Part shown: piece after piece, positions 51,384 through 64,000 of the stretch
How the letters are laid out: each line of letters begins with the position of its first letter
Position numbering within the stretch: the first letter of the stretch is position 1
Source of the DNA: Kondoa subrosea
Lineage: Eukaryota
Direction of reading: 5' to 3'
NCBI GenBank assembly: GCA_039545335.1
Contig: BCIN01000001.1
Location: forward strand, 2,167,129 to 2,231,128
Length of the DNA: 64,000 nt
The notes under the pieces: model-generated
Database searches by the model: none
What the model saw: the letters and a program-made list of their open reading frames with translations, nothing else
Told to the model about the DNA's origin: nothing
Made by a program: the position numbers and the translations under genes

Positions 51384-52820
51384 CTAATCCATTTCAATGT
51401 CAATTTCTCCACTAGCTTGAGCTTTTTGCAATGTTTCAATCATGAATCGCTCGTGACATGCTATAGCAGCCTTCATTACGTCCCTTTGACCTGCAGAAGG
51501 TACATGTCTTAGAAGCGAAACACGCTCTCGCGTGCTTTGCTCACCTTGCCTGTAAATATCGCACATGACCTTTACCTCAGGTCTGCACACAGAGTGTTGC
51601 TGGCTATGATTACTTATTCCAACATTATCGAAGAGTTTCTGCCGTTTCCCTTCCGTCTCGGAACGCGTTGATGTCTCTTCACCAATATGGATGAACAATG
51701 GACGTGCTTTATGCTCCAGCATAGCACCAAGTTGGTCAAGCATGCTCAACTCATTTGGCCAGCTGATAAAGCCCAACACCTCTTCTACTTTGTTGGATTG
51801 CGCCGCCTTCTCTGCAATGTCATTTATCTCATCTTCGTCTGCCAAATAGTATCGCATTTGAGCGAGCAACGACATTGGTAGAATACCATCTCGGCAAACT
51901 ATGTGTCTTTCTGTATTGATGCTCAGGTGACTGAATAGAGCAGTCGGATCTGTTAAAGTACGATCTGAATTCGGCGCAAGTCTGGGTTTGCCCAATTTGA
52001 GGGCGAACAAATCCGCCGGATTGCTCTCGATGACGAAGCCATAACCAAGAAGAAGCTCTTCATTTGATTTTGGGCCGTAATTATTAAAGCATTGACAGCC
52101 AGCCGAAAAATCTTGTTCAGTGACTAGAGTGAGCCGATCAGCTTCTTTGAGCCAAAGTACTTTTGCGGAAGGATCATGATTCAGGCTGTCGACTGCGGGG
52201 AAGAGTATAGGCGTTGCATTGTCTTGATCATTGTCGATTAAGGAGGAAGGAAAGGCACGAGAACTGATAATTGAGCACGCCCAGCAATACTCAGACCAAG
52301 ACAAGACGTATTCACCACCCAATTTGCCTTGTAAGAGCTCATTGACTGCTTGCAAATCCTGGCGCCATTCGTTCTCCCGATCTATTGCAGCCCCGTACAA
52401 ATTTGTACCTGTCAGCAAATTGCGCTCCTCTTCATTGAACTCCAAGGGCGTCATGATTTGACTAGGTAGCGATTCGATATAAGCCACCCATCGAGATTGG
52501 AAACCATTGCTTGTGGCCGTGTGCCTGCCAGGCTGAGAGCGCATGATAGCCAGGGTAGTTGCAGTTACTTGTCTGTTCGACAGTACGGACAATGAATCAT
52601 CCGGGAGGCTGTAGAGGGAGGAAAGAACGTTTCGACATGCGCTTGGTGTAATGGCTTCACTGTACAGACAAGAGACTAAACGACTTCCAGACGCCAGATT
52701 ACAGGAAGAGAACACAGCATTGCCTGCGCCGGACGCTTGGAGGTACAGAGAGGGATGAAAAGGGCTGTTAAACGCAATTCCGAGCGGTGTAGCATTGCAT
52801 CCAGAAGTGGAACTTGTCAT
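51384..52820 (-). CDS. SET-domain lysine methyltransferase, Rubisco-LSMT/SETD3/Efm1-like
   Basis: WVAYIESLP, LLTGTNLY, WACSIISSRAFP, LFPAVDSLNH, FNNYGPKSNEELLLGYGF; first in-frame ATG at 52820. Confidence 0.9.
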   Translation of the reverse strand: MTSSTSGCNATPLGIAFNSPFHPSLYLQASGAGNAVFSSCNLASGSRLVSCLYSEAITPSACRNVLSSLYSLPDDSLSVLSNRQVTATTLAIMRSQPGRHTATSNGFQSRWVAYIESLPSQIMTPLEFNEEERNLLTGTNLYGAAIDRENEWRQDLQAVNELLQGKLGGEYVLSWSEYCWACSIISSRAFPSSLIDNDQDNATPILFPAVDSLNHDPSAKVLWLKEADRLTLVTEQDFSAGCQCFNNYGPKSNEELLLGYGFVIESNPADLFALKLGKPRLAPNSDRTLTDPTALFSHLSINTERHIVCRDGILPMSLLAQMRYYLADEDEINDIAEKAAQSNKVEEVLGFISWPNELSMLDQLGAMLEHKARPLFIHIGEETSTRSETEGKRQKLFDNVGISNHSQQHSVCRPEVKVMCDIYRQGEQSTRERVSLLRHVPSAGQRDVMKAAIACHERFMIETLQKAQASGEIDIEMD

Positions 52821-52870
52821 GGCCGTTGCGTAATAAAGCGTTTCGAAGTTATGCAAAAGATCAGTATATT

Positions 52871-54959
52871 CTATAAGATGTCCGCTATTCGCTCTAGCTT
52901 GACATCTCCTATCACAGGCTCTTGCTTGAGCTCAGTTTGAGCTTGATCGAAATTTGCTTCACGCTTGTTGAGTGTCTGCTTTTGCACCTCGCCTTTATCT
53001 ATCATTTCCACTTCAATGTCTTCTTCTTTGACTTGTGATACGGCCGACGAAAGTTCTTCCTTTTTCGGTACCGAAGTGAACTCATGTCGATCTTTGCCTC
53101 TCTTCCTTTTCGACAGCAGTTCTTTCCCAGTAGGTCGAGCGCTAATAGGAATCTTCCCCCAATAAAGTGTCTCCTTCTCGCCTTCGAAAATCTCGATTGT
53201 TATGGGCGATGCACCCTCTTCCAATCCGTCTTGACCTTCTTGGCCCAATTGCGCGCAGGTCGAGCACGCCTTTGCAGTCATAATTGCTCCTCTGCCTTGG
53301 AAATACATTTTGAGCGCTACAGCAGCGCCAGGTGTACTTGTTCGAACATGAGCCTAATCTCACACCCAGTGATTAGCAAAAAGGCAGTCTTCATATCCGA
53401 GGGCTTACGGAATCTAGGCCAGGTTCAAAATCCACATAGACGACATGGTCTTTCTTCATAGCGCCAACGGCATCAATCGCATCATCAAATAATTTCTTCA
53501 ATGTGCTCTTGTTACTTTTCGGATGAACGTTCTTCACAAAGCATACAACGCCCTTAGGGTAAGTTGATTCTGCTTCCTGAGTTATCTGAGTTTCTCTTGT
53601 CCAAGTTTGATCACGCGCGGATTTCCAATCTGAGCCAGAACTGCGTTTTGGGGAGGGTGATCGAGGACGTCGTGATGGTCGCCAATCTGAATCAGAACGT
53701 CCTTCCTTTCTTGATGAAGAATAACGATCTGAGTGATCTCGGTCGCGGTGAGAAGTAGAGTATGAAGATCGCGAGCGCTCTTCATGACGTGACGTAGATA
53801 CTTCTACAGGTTGAAGATTGGTTAGAGCGCGCTGATAGGAGAGGTAGTCTGCTTTGAGCTTGTTCCATGCGGTTCTGCGCGTGGAGTTTGAGAATCAGCA
53901 CATAGCTGAGACCCGGGAATCTTTATACGCACATTGACATGCATCTAAGACCAGCACGTCTCGCTTTATCTTTCTCACTGAGTTCTGTCGTTCCGTCCGC
54001 ATTTGTCTCGACCTTTTCTTCAGCCTCTTCGTCACTTTGTTCATCTTCTGACTCGGCTATATATGTCCGTTCCCAGGACCAGTCCTTCTTGCAAATTTCT
54101 ACAGCTTCATCATTTCCTAGTATAGCGAAACAAAATCCCTTGAATGATCCACCACCCTCAGGTAATTTGGTGGCTTTTTCTAGCCCTTTGTCTCCTTTCC
54201 CATCTATCGTATTCGTGCTTTTTATGCATGTAGTAGTATTTGCCTGATATAGAAGAGGAAAACGAATCGTCTGTATTTGTGTGTTGAGCAGACTAGAGAG
54301 ATATGTTCGGGCTGATGAAGGAGTAACACAAGAAATTGGATACAGCGGTAGATTTTCGAAGTAGAAGACCCGACTAGACCAATCTACTTGTTCAGCAGGC
54401 GCTAGTGCTAGTTTTCGCTTGATCTTGAACCCGCTTTCATCGAACTGTAGGCATGTGAGGTCGTACTCAATACGGAAGCGAAAGCCGTACCTCTACTAGA
54501 TCCGATTGAAGATCTTGCAGAAGCATGATTTCACCCATTGTAGTCTTGTACGCAGCAATACTGGGTACTTGCAGTAGGTTTGAAATATGCAGCCCTGTAA
54601 GTATGCAGCTTAGACCTAGCAGAGCACAAAACAGATCATCGCTCACATCCCCCTTCTGCACTCGTCAGTCTCTCCAGCAGCTCAGGTGACAATGACAGAG
54701 CCCAATCGGATAAGCTTGTTTCAATAGCAAACAACAGATCCGCTTGACGAGCTGTATCAATAACATGATCATCAACAGCAGGAGCTATTGATAGTGCAGC
54801 AGCTGGCTCTAATGTTAAGAGAGTATCACCTTTTACGAGATCATTTGTTTGCTCTGGTATCGCCGAGGTGGAAGCTGTTGGAACCTGTGTTACACTTGCA
54901 GCTGCTTTGGGCGTTGCCTTCTTGACTTTCCGCGGCGCCAGAGCCAATACACTGTCCAT
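52871..54959 (-). CDS. LARP7: La-related protein 7 family (LARP7/Pof8/p65): La motif, RRM1 and xRRM
   Basis: La-like LLFAIETSLSDWAL; RRM1 RVFYFENLP..FKGFCFAIL..AWNKLKADYLSYQ; RS-rich linker; xRRM YPKGVVCFVKNVHPKSNKSTLKKLF..YVDFEPGLDS|AHVR..EGEKETLYWGKIP. Confidence 0.82.
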
Positions 54960-54995
54960 CTTCGATCGTTGCTCCCAAACAGCCAACTTCAGTGT

Positions 54996-55573
54996 ATGCG
55001 TCGCGGTTTCTTGCGCTCAGAGCAAGCTCGCATCAGAGCAAGAAGAACTTTAATTGGCACACTGCAGATCCTTTGCGCAGTCCATCTCTTTCACCGCCAT
55101 GTAGCTGAAGTCAGACCAACCGGCGGTAGTTCAATGTCTCCAACTTTCTCTTCATCAGGCGATTTCGTTCTAGTAGAAGCTCTGTCACTTCGGTTTCCTT
55201 CACTCAGACCATTGGCAAGAGGTGATATCGTCACATTTGTTTCTCCTCTTGACGCAAAAGTATCTGTGTGCAAGAGAATTGTCGGTCTGCAGGGCGACAA
55301 GGTTTATCTCGATCCGGAAGTAACACATGGCGACGATTGGATCAAAGTACCTAAAGGGCACGTCTGGGTCTTGGGCGATAACTTGGAAAGCAGTAGGGAT
55401 TCAAGGATGTATGGGCCGGTATCGCTGGCTTTGTTGAGAGGAAGAGTAGCTGCACAAGTGACCCCTCCGCTTTCTCTCCCTCCTAGTTGCTCATTTGATT
55501 GTAGATCTTTCCTTACTGGCGCACCTTTGGAACGATTCCGAGTTACGAGCACAAAGTTTTGCTGAAATCGTAA
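54996..55573 (+). CDS. IMP1: Mitochondrial inner membrane peptidase subunit 1 (peptidase S26)
   Basis: GSSMSPT (catalytic Ser), RGDIV, CKRIVGL (catalytic Lys), VPKGHVWVLGDN..SRDSRMYGPV; final intron 55458-55504. Confidence 0.9.
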
Positions 55574-55935
55574 CATGAAGCGGTCGAAGCGAACTTATGG
55601 TCCAGGACTATAATCAGCTCCAGTAAATGGGCGCTCAGCTTTGTGCGTGCCTACCATTATATCATGCCATTGTTCTAAGAACACGGACGCCATGGCACAG
55701 GCATTACAGCGTGATATCAATGAAAGGAAAGCTTGTCTCGAACTATTACTAGCTCATGTCACAGGCAAGTCAGTCACGCGTGGTCCTGAGCGGTAGTGAC
55801 AGGTGTCAAAGACAGCAAGCTCATTCAACAGAGTAAACCGTACGACTATAACCTCTCCCCAAGAGATGAAGGCAGGCTTTCAGTGCGGTCCAAACCTTTA
55901 TTGTAATTCTATGATACGCATTGCATACCGTCTAA

Positions 55936-58091
55936 TTAATGATGAAATAGCCGCAAGTTAGTAAATGAGTAGAAGAAACCCTCTTCATCAGCCGCTTTGA
56001 TGACAGCATCATCCATAACACTTCCGCCAGGAGCAGCAACGTATTTGACTCCCGATCTAGCAGCTCTTCTGACATTATCGGAGAAGGGGAAGAAAGCATC
56101 GCTAGCCAGAGCAACACCTCTCTTGCTCAATTCTTTCATCCATCTCTTCTTTTCAGACTCTTCAAGTCTGGTGGGTACCGCTCCTTCCTCAAAGAAAGCC
56201 TCCCATTCCTTCCTCTCGACAGATCCATCTTCTAGTTCCCAGACTTCTCCAGTAGCCCATAGATCCGTCGCATTGGCTTTATCAGCTCTTTTAGTTCCCT
56301 TTTTGAATTGGAATGCCAAAGCAGAAGGATGATGACGCATCCACCATGCATCTGCTTTCCCTCCTGCAAGACGAGTACAGTGGATACGCGATTGTTGACC
56401 TGCTCCTAGACCAATGACACCACCTCGAAGAGCGTAGCAGACGGAGTTTGATTGTGTGTACTTCAGAGCAATGGTAGCTACTAGCAGATCAGTCAGAGCC
56501 TGAGGCGGTAGCTAGATGATATTGTCAGCAATATGAAACATGACTGAGTAAATACTGCTTACCTCTTGGTTCTGAGAAACAACATTCTTGAACAATTCTG
56601 CAGTGATGACTGCATCATTTCGACCTTGTTGCAATGAGACGCCGTACACTTGTCTGGTTTCCGATTTCGCTGGCACGTAAGTGGGATCCATCTGCCAATG
56701 ATAGATAGTAGCTCAGCATGAGGCTGATTGACATCAACTTCACCAACCTGAAGCACGCAATATTTCCCATTCTTCTTCTTTCTCAGCAAATCCAAAGCTT
56801 CAGGTTCATATCCAGGAGCAATCACACCATCCGAGACTTCTCTACTGATGAGCTTCGCAGTCGGTACATCGACTGTGTGACTGAGTGCAATAAAATCGCC
56901 AAAACTAGACATTCGATCCGCTCCTCTTGCTCTAGCGTAAGCTTTTGCCAATTGTGACAACTCGCCCACCCCTTTGACATCGAACACAATCTCTTCTTCC
57001 GCTGATAATGGTTCGGAAGACCCTACGGCTACACCTGCTGGTGAAACATGTTTGAAAGAAGCTGCTGCAGGTAGAGAAGGTGTGAATGCTTCTGATAGTT
57101 CTTTGACTAGAGCCCAAGAGTTCAAAGCGTCCAGGAGATTGATGTAGCCTGGTGAACCGGAAAGAACAGAGAAAGGTAATTTGCCTTCAGTGACGAAAGC
57201 TTGAGCGGGCGCTTGATGTGGATTGGCACCGTATCGCAATGTAAGTTGTTGAGCATGTTCTCGTAGAGGCGCCTTCTCGGACGCAGCAGCAGAGGGGACT
57301 ACATCAGCTGAAGCATATTGTTTTCGGAAATAGTTTGAAATAGCGGTATCGTACTCTGCTGTGTGGGTGAATGCTTTTAGAGCTAGACGATTGCGAAAAT
57401 CGGCAGTGATGCCATTTGCATAGGATGAGATGTAGACAGGGTAATCAGCAGGGTCGCAAAGAATCGTCACTCTGTCAAAATTCAAGTAGGAGAATTAGTC
57501 AAAGTATCTGAATTCATAGCAGTACCAACCTTTCGTGATTTTTTGCAGCTGCTCGAAGTAAAGTGACACCTCCAATATCGACTTCCTCGACCGCTTCCGC
57601 TACACTTGGTGCCGGAGTTTTCGAGATGCATTTCGAGAAAGGGTAAAGATTGCACACGACGAGACTGATGGGACTGATCTTCCGAGATGCTAGATCTGCC
57701 AAGTCAGAGGGTGTTTCTCTAGCCAGAATACCTAATGTTCCGTATCAGCTTGCGAAAGATGCATGTGCTTTGCAGCATTATTCACCCCCATGAACAGCTG
57801 GATGAAGCGTTTTTACTCTTCCTCCTAGCATTTCAGGAGCGCCAGTGATAGAGGAGACATCTCTGCATAAAGTGGAAATAAACAGAGCATGAGCGAAAGT
57901 TGATGCAGCTGTGGAAGGGCGGACTTGATATCCAGGCCAGAATCTCGAACAGCTTTCGCGGTACCTCCTGATCCGATCAAGGAGAAGCCCAGTTCCACCA
58001 AGCCTTTGGCCAAAGTGAGCAATTCAGATTTATCGCTGACAGACAGTAAAGCAATAGGTTTGATCATTTCGTTTCCGTTCGTTGTAGACAT
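55936..58091 (-). CDS. ADE17: Bifunctional AICAR transformylase/IMP cyclohydrolase (PurH/ATIC)
   Basis: [65 protein letters not shown]. Confidence 0.97.
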
Positions 58092-58198
58092 GGTTATCTG
58101 CCAATAACCAGAGTATCTGTTTCCAATTGAACGCCGTGTAGGGACAAGGTGATTTTTTGCGAAGTGCCATCTACCTTGTACAGCCAAGCAGCAACAGA

Positions 58199-59966
<1,768 letters not shown>

Positions 59967-60023
59967 AGTCTGGAAACCAAAAATGTACAACGATGCTCGA
60001 GCTCTTTAAGCGACCACCAGCCC

Positions 60024-61893
60024 ATGGCTTCGACTTCTGGAGCAGAGAGTAGCGGAACAGCTGAGGTCTTGAACATTGTACACGAGGCTACAGCACCACA
60101 AACGGCAGCAGAGGACATTTACACATTGTTATTCAAGTTAGCTCAAGAGTCAAGGATCGCGGGACGAATGCTGATAAGAGAGTTTAGACATGCTGGCAAA
60201 CAATATGAAATACAGGCTGCTGCCTCTGATTGTCTCTTTGATCTGAAGGCAAGTCCGCAACTTGTAGCTGTTTCTCAACCTATCTGATAACTATCAAAGG
60301 CATCTATATACTCCATCATTGGCGTGGCGCCTGATCGTCAAAAGGTAGACGCTCTCTGTCAAATGCGTTGCCTGCCTGATGTCGGACGTAGATCATCGGT
60401 CTCACTAAAGGAAAGCTTCCGAGCGATGATCTGGCTCTATCTACTCTCGATCTAGCTAAACATAAAGGGTTCATGGTTATCGGAACGCCCGAAGACCAAG
60501 AAATCAGACGAGCATTAGATTCTCCGTTCGCTGTCTTTCCGCTTTACGAGGTGGAACGCTGACTTTCTCAAAATAGCGATATACTGAATGACTGGGATTT
60601 GGCTATCTCGGATGCACTGAAACATACACCTCAGCTTGACCAGGTCTGTGTTACACAATCTCTCGAAATTTCATTGACAGGACGTAAAGCGAAACAAGCG
60701 GAAGATTGCTGAAGCAGCTGAGAAGCTTGAGCTCAATATCATTAATGTAAGTTTCACTTTCACATCAAGGTACTCTGCTGACTCCCTTGACAAAGCCTCC
60801 TCGTCCAGGTCGCAAATGCCTTGGTTAGTCGGTCCTAAGAGATAGGGAACCTCCGTTCTAAAGTGCTTGCTTGGGAAAAGTACTAGATATCGACTATACG
60901 TTACTCGACTGTAAAAGGTGCGATCAAATGATGTGTGGTTATAGAGCATAATTGATGGAAACTACAGCTGGCAAGATAATTCCGTTGCGACCATTGACTT
61001 CGTTCGCCCTTTCGTAAGTCATGGACTTTCAGTCCTATGCTAGCTTACTACGAGGTCAGCTAGATGACTTTCTTTCTGCTGTATACGCTGCTGGATGGGA
61101 TTTACTCATCTGGAGTCAAACGAACTGGCGCTGGCTTGAGACCAAACTGATCGAGATGGTAAGCAGAGTGTTTCAATTTCCTACTTTACTCATATGCGAC
61201 TGTTGACTGCAGAATATGGTTGGTGAGTCGAAATCATTCTCTCAATAAATCGAGATTGACAGACGCAAAGGTGGTGATCATAGCCGCTACTTCGTGACGA
61301 CTGTTCTGGACAAACAGCCTATGTTTGAAGTGAGCCGTTCTCTACCCTAAATTGTCGCATGCTAAAGAAGATCTAGGTACTATCATATCGATCTGGTAAA
61401 TCAGTCAAGCATGTAAAGAGATTTCACTTCAAGCTCTATTTGAAGCTAACGCTTTAGATAGCATGTCAAAGCTCTGGAAGTGATTTGGAAGAAGTACGTT
61501 ACCTTTATTCGCTACAACAAACAGCTGAGGTGTGCTAAAGGTTCCCTGAAGCTTATGGTCCTCATAACACTCTGCACGTAGATGACCTAGGGAGGAATTT
61601 CGTGCTCAACCCGAAGAACGGTATCAAGGTTCGTTCAAAAGAGCTTCTGCTTTATCGAACTCAATCTTTGGCTTAGATCAGAGCTTTCAAAGGTACTTGA
61701 AAAGGCACCTCATTGAAAAAGCCAAGCTTATCTCCTCTGGTGGTTTGTAGACGCGAACAAGAACCGCCATGACCGAGAATTGAAGCTTCTTACCCATTAT
61801 TTAGTCAAGAACGCCGATGTGGCTGATGTAAGAAATCTGCCGAACGAGACTTGGCGCGATGTAGCCAAAGCTGAAACAGAACGCAAGCAATAG
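60024..61893 (+). CDS. UBLCP1: Ubiquitin-like domain-containing CTD phosphatase 1 (HAD IIID)
   Basis: UBL: GVAPDRQK|IIGL..FMVIGTPE; HAD motif VLDIDYT; IWSQT; VKALEVIW; HVDDLGRNFVLNPKNGIK; DRELKLL. About 13 introns. Confidence 0.88.
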
Positions 61894-61976
61894 TAATGGG
61901 CTTTCGGTGATGTCGATATATACCCTCAATGTGGAATCTATGCATGCAATATATACAGTGATCATACAGATGATAC

Positions 61977-63139
61977 TTATCGTTGGAAGACAACCTTAGC
62001 TCTAAATTCGCGAATCAGAGCAGTTCGATATGAGAGACGGAAATGACCGACCTTGGATCGTGACCTGCTGCTCTTGCTTTAAATCTCGCAACAACTGTCT
62101 CATCACTTGCTGTTTGACGCGTATCGCTTTGACCAAGTGCAGGAACCATTTCGAAGCCATCAATTTCTCCTCTTGCTGCTGCTTCCTTTGCCAATCTCAA
62201 AGTTTCCGCATCGCTGATCATTGTATTGTTTGCATAATTGCTGACAATAGGAGCGCGATAGAATCTCGAAGCAGCGTAGTTATCAGCTTCCACATCTTCT
62301 CTTCTGATTTGTCGAGCTGCATCTGCTTGCTGTTTTTCGAACAGAGCTCGTTTGGCCTTTTCGGTCTCTTCAATGTTCTTCAGTCGGTTATCTATACCGA
62401 GGTCAATTTCTGGAATAGCGGTCAACATTGCTGTTGATAGAGTAACATTGCCCTCTTGTATCCTGCAACAATGAATACAATCAGACTTGCCGCTGGAATA
62501 GTATAAACATGCACTTACGGTCCTTTCTTCTCGCGATACTTTTCCGCAATCACGTAAAGCTCATCTCTAGGGTCCAACTTCTTGATCTCCTTCTTGGCAT
62601 CGAAATCATCTGAACCAGAACCTTGAGCTTTCCTCCGTTTCTTGAGCTCCTCTTCAATGAACGCCATCATATGTTTATCCACATCGACTACATTAGTCTG
62701 TTGAGTGAAATTGGAACTTTGAACCAATTTCTTAGTCAAAGCAGCTGATCCATCATCCTCCTCATCTACATCTTTCTCCTTTGACCCAGATACTCGCATC
62801 CCAGGCACCAAACGTTTCTCTTCTTGTCCACCATCAGCGTCATCATCCATATGCTTGCGTTTGAGAAGAGGTGATTCGCCAGCATTGAGTTTAGCTGAAT
62901 CTATCCCAGCAGCATTACGTTCTGCTGCTTTCAGTTTACGGAGAGCGAGCAGATCAGCTACTGTAGATCTGTACTGGTCCTTGTTGGTTTGGATAACTGA
63001 AGCATTCTCTTAGCAAAACTTACTCTGATTCGTCCACTTGTTGATTGATGAACTCGTTTTCTGCTTTGGTACGAATACCTTGGGGTCGTTTGCCCTTCTT
63101 CTTGAAGCTCACAGCAACGGGTATCTCCTCGGTGGTCAT
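61977..63139 (-). CDS. TLS1: C9orf78/Tls1 (Hep_59) spliceosome-associated protein
   Basis: NFTQQTNVVDVDKHMMAFIEEEL, MLTAIPEIDLGIDNRLKNIEETEKAKR, ASDETVVARFK. Confidence 0.9.
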
Positions 63140-63264
63140 ATGTGGTTTACGGTCAAGAGCAACAATATTAATGACTCAAGGAAAATAAAGGACTGCTCAA
63201 TACTAGTAGTCCAATAATATCTCTACCAATGTATCTCCTTGTACTTCCCTCCGTAAAACCAAGC

Positions 63265-64000
63265 TTACATGACCCACTTAATGACGCCTCGATAAGTCGA
63301 GTTCCCTTCATCCCTTACAGCAGCTAAACCTCTCTTCCTCCCACTCATCTCATAATTGACCAACATCGCATCCGGTCCCATCATGGACGTATCCCCTAAT
63401 TCAGTCAACATCGGATAAACGATCTTTGGTTTCTTCTTCTTGTGAATCTTTTCCTTGTGACTTTCTCTCAATGCACCATCACCCTCTGCTGGAATAGGTG
63501 GAGTAGGCAAACCGAAATCCAGAAGAGGAGGAGGTAATTCATCTTCATCCATTCCCATGCCATCTTCTTCTTCATTGTTTGCGATAATAGGAGGAATAGA
63601 AGGATTTGCTTTATTGTTTGCTGCTGATCTTCTTGATGCTGCGTCGTTGGATGCTTGAATAAGATTACGAAGGGAAGCTTCTACTAATCGTGTCGTTCGA
63701 ACTCGATCATCGTGTATTGATTTCGATGCATTGCCTTCAGCTGAAGAATTATCGATCAAAGAGCTTTCAGGGTAGACCTGTACTTCTGATCAGTTTTCCT
63801 TGCCCATGTAAGCAACGTCAGGGCTCACAGGAGTACGCTTCCATGAATGCTTAGGCGGTAAAGGTGGAAAGAAATCAGGTTGAATAGGTAATCGATCATT
63901 CAATTCTAATTCCGCTTCCATTGCGTCTTGAGGCAAAACTAAAGGCATCTCTTCTTCTTGTAGAGGTTGCAGCCGTTTTATTGAAGTATAAGAAGGAATT
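63265..64000 (-). CDS. TAF8: TFIID subunit 8, C-terminal part (5' end outside window)
   Basis: TAF8_C-like PDFFPPLPPKHSWK followed by RLVEASLRNLI. Confidence 0.7.

Noticed and set aside
52780..52920. LARP7-SET fusion protein by splicing or readthrough
   Set aside because: The tested GT-AG pairs give out-of-frame products, and the two ORFs are in different frames.

Overview
Very compact, intron-rich fungal chromosomal DNA, most consistent with a basidiomycete (short ~45-65 nt GT-AG introns with CTRAY branch points and frequent AAG acceptors). I read about 30 spliced protein-coding genes, mostly housekeeping: QNG1, FYV4/mS41, a P450, BOI1, SNRNP40, IES1, SF3B5, NOP6, SED5, NUP49, MET16, a USP, a RhoGEF, APC4, a SET protein, LARP7/Pof8, IMP1, ADE17, RVB2, UBLCP1, TLS1 and TAF8. 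I saw no intact transposon, tRNA or rRNA. Four things stand out. (1) An intronic box C/D snoRNA in an apparently non-coding host gene has compensatory non-canonical C/D boxes, a guide to the LSU peptidyl-transferase region and a second, hairpin-split antisense element to the adjacent rRNA segment. (2) A candidate domesticated Mutator-derived protein has three tandem MuDR/FAR1-type DNA-binding repeats, each interrupted by an intron at the same Trp codon, plus an AT-hook and a SAM-like tail. (3) A full LARP7-family gene is largely missed by the ORF track. (4) Gene packing is extreme: 47-57 nt tandem gaps, a 36 nt head-to-head gap and 5-11 nt micro-exons. All exon boundaries and family calls are manual readings from remembered motifs; no database search was run.
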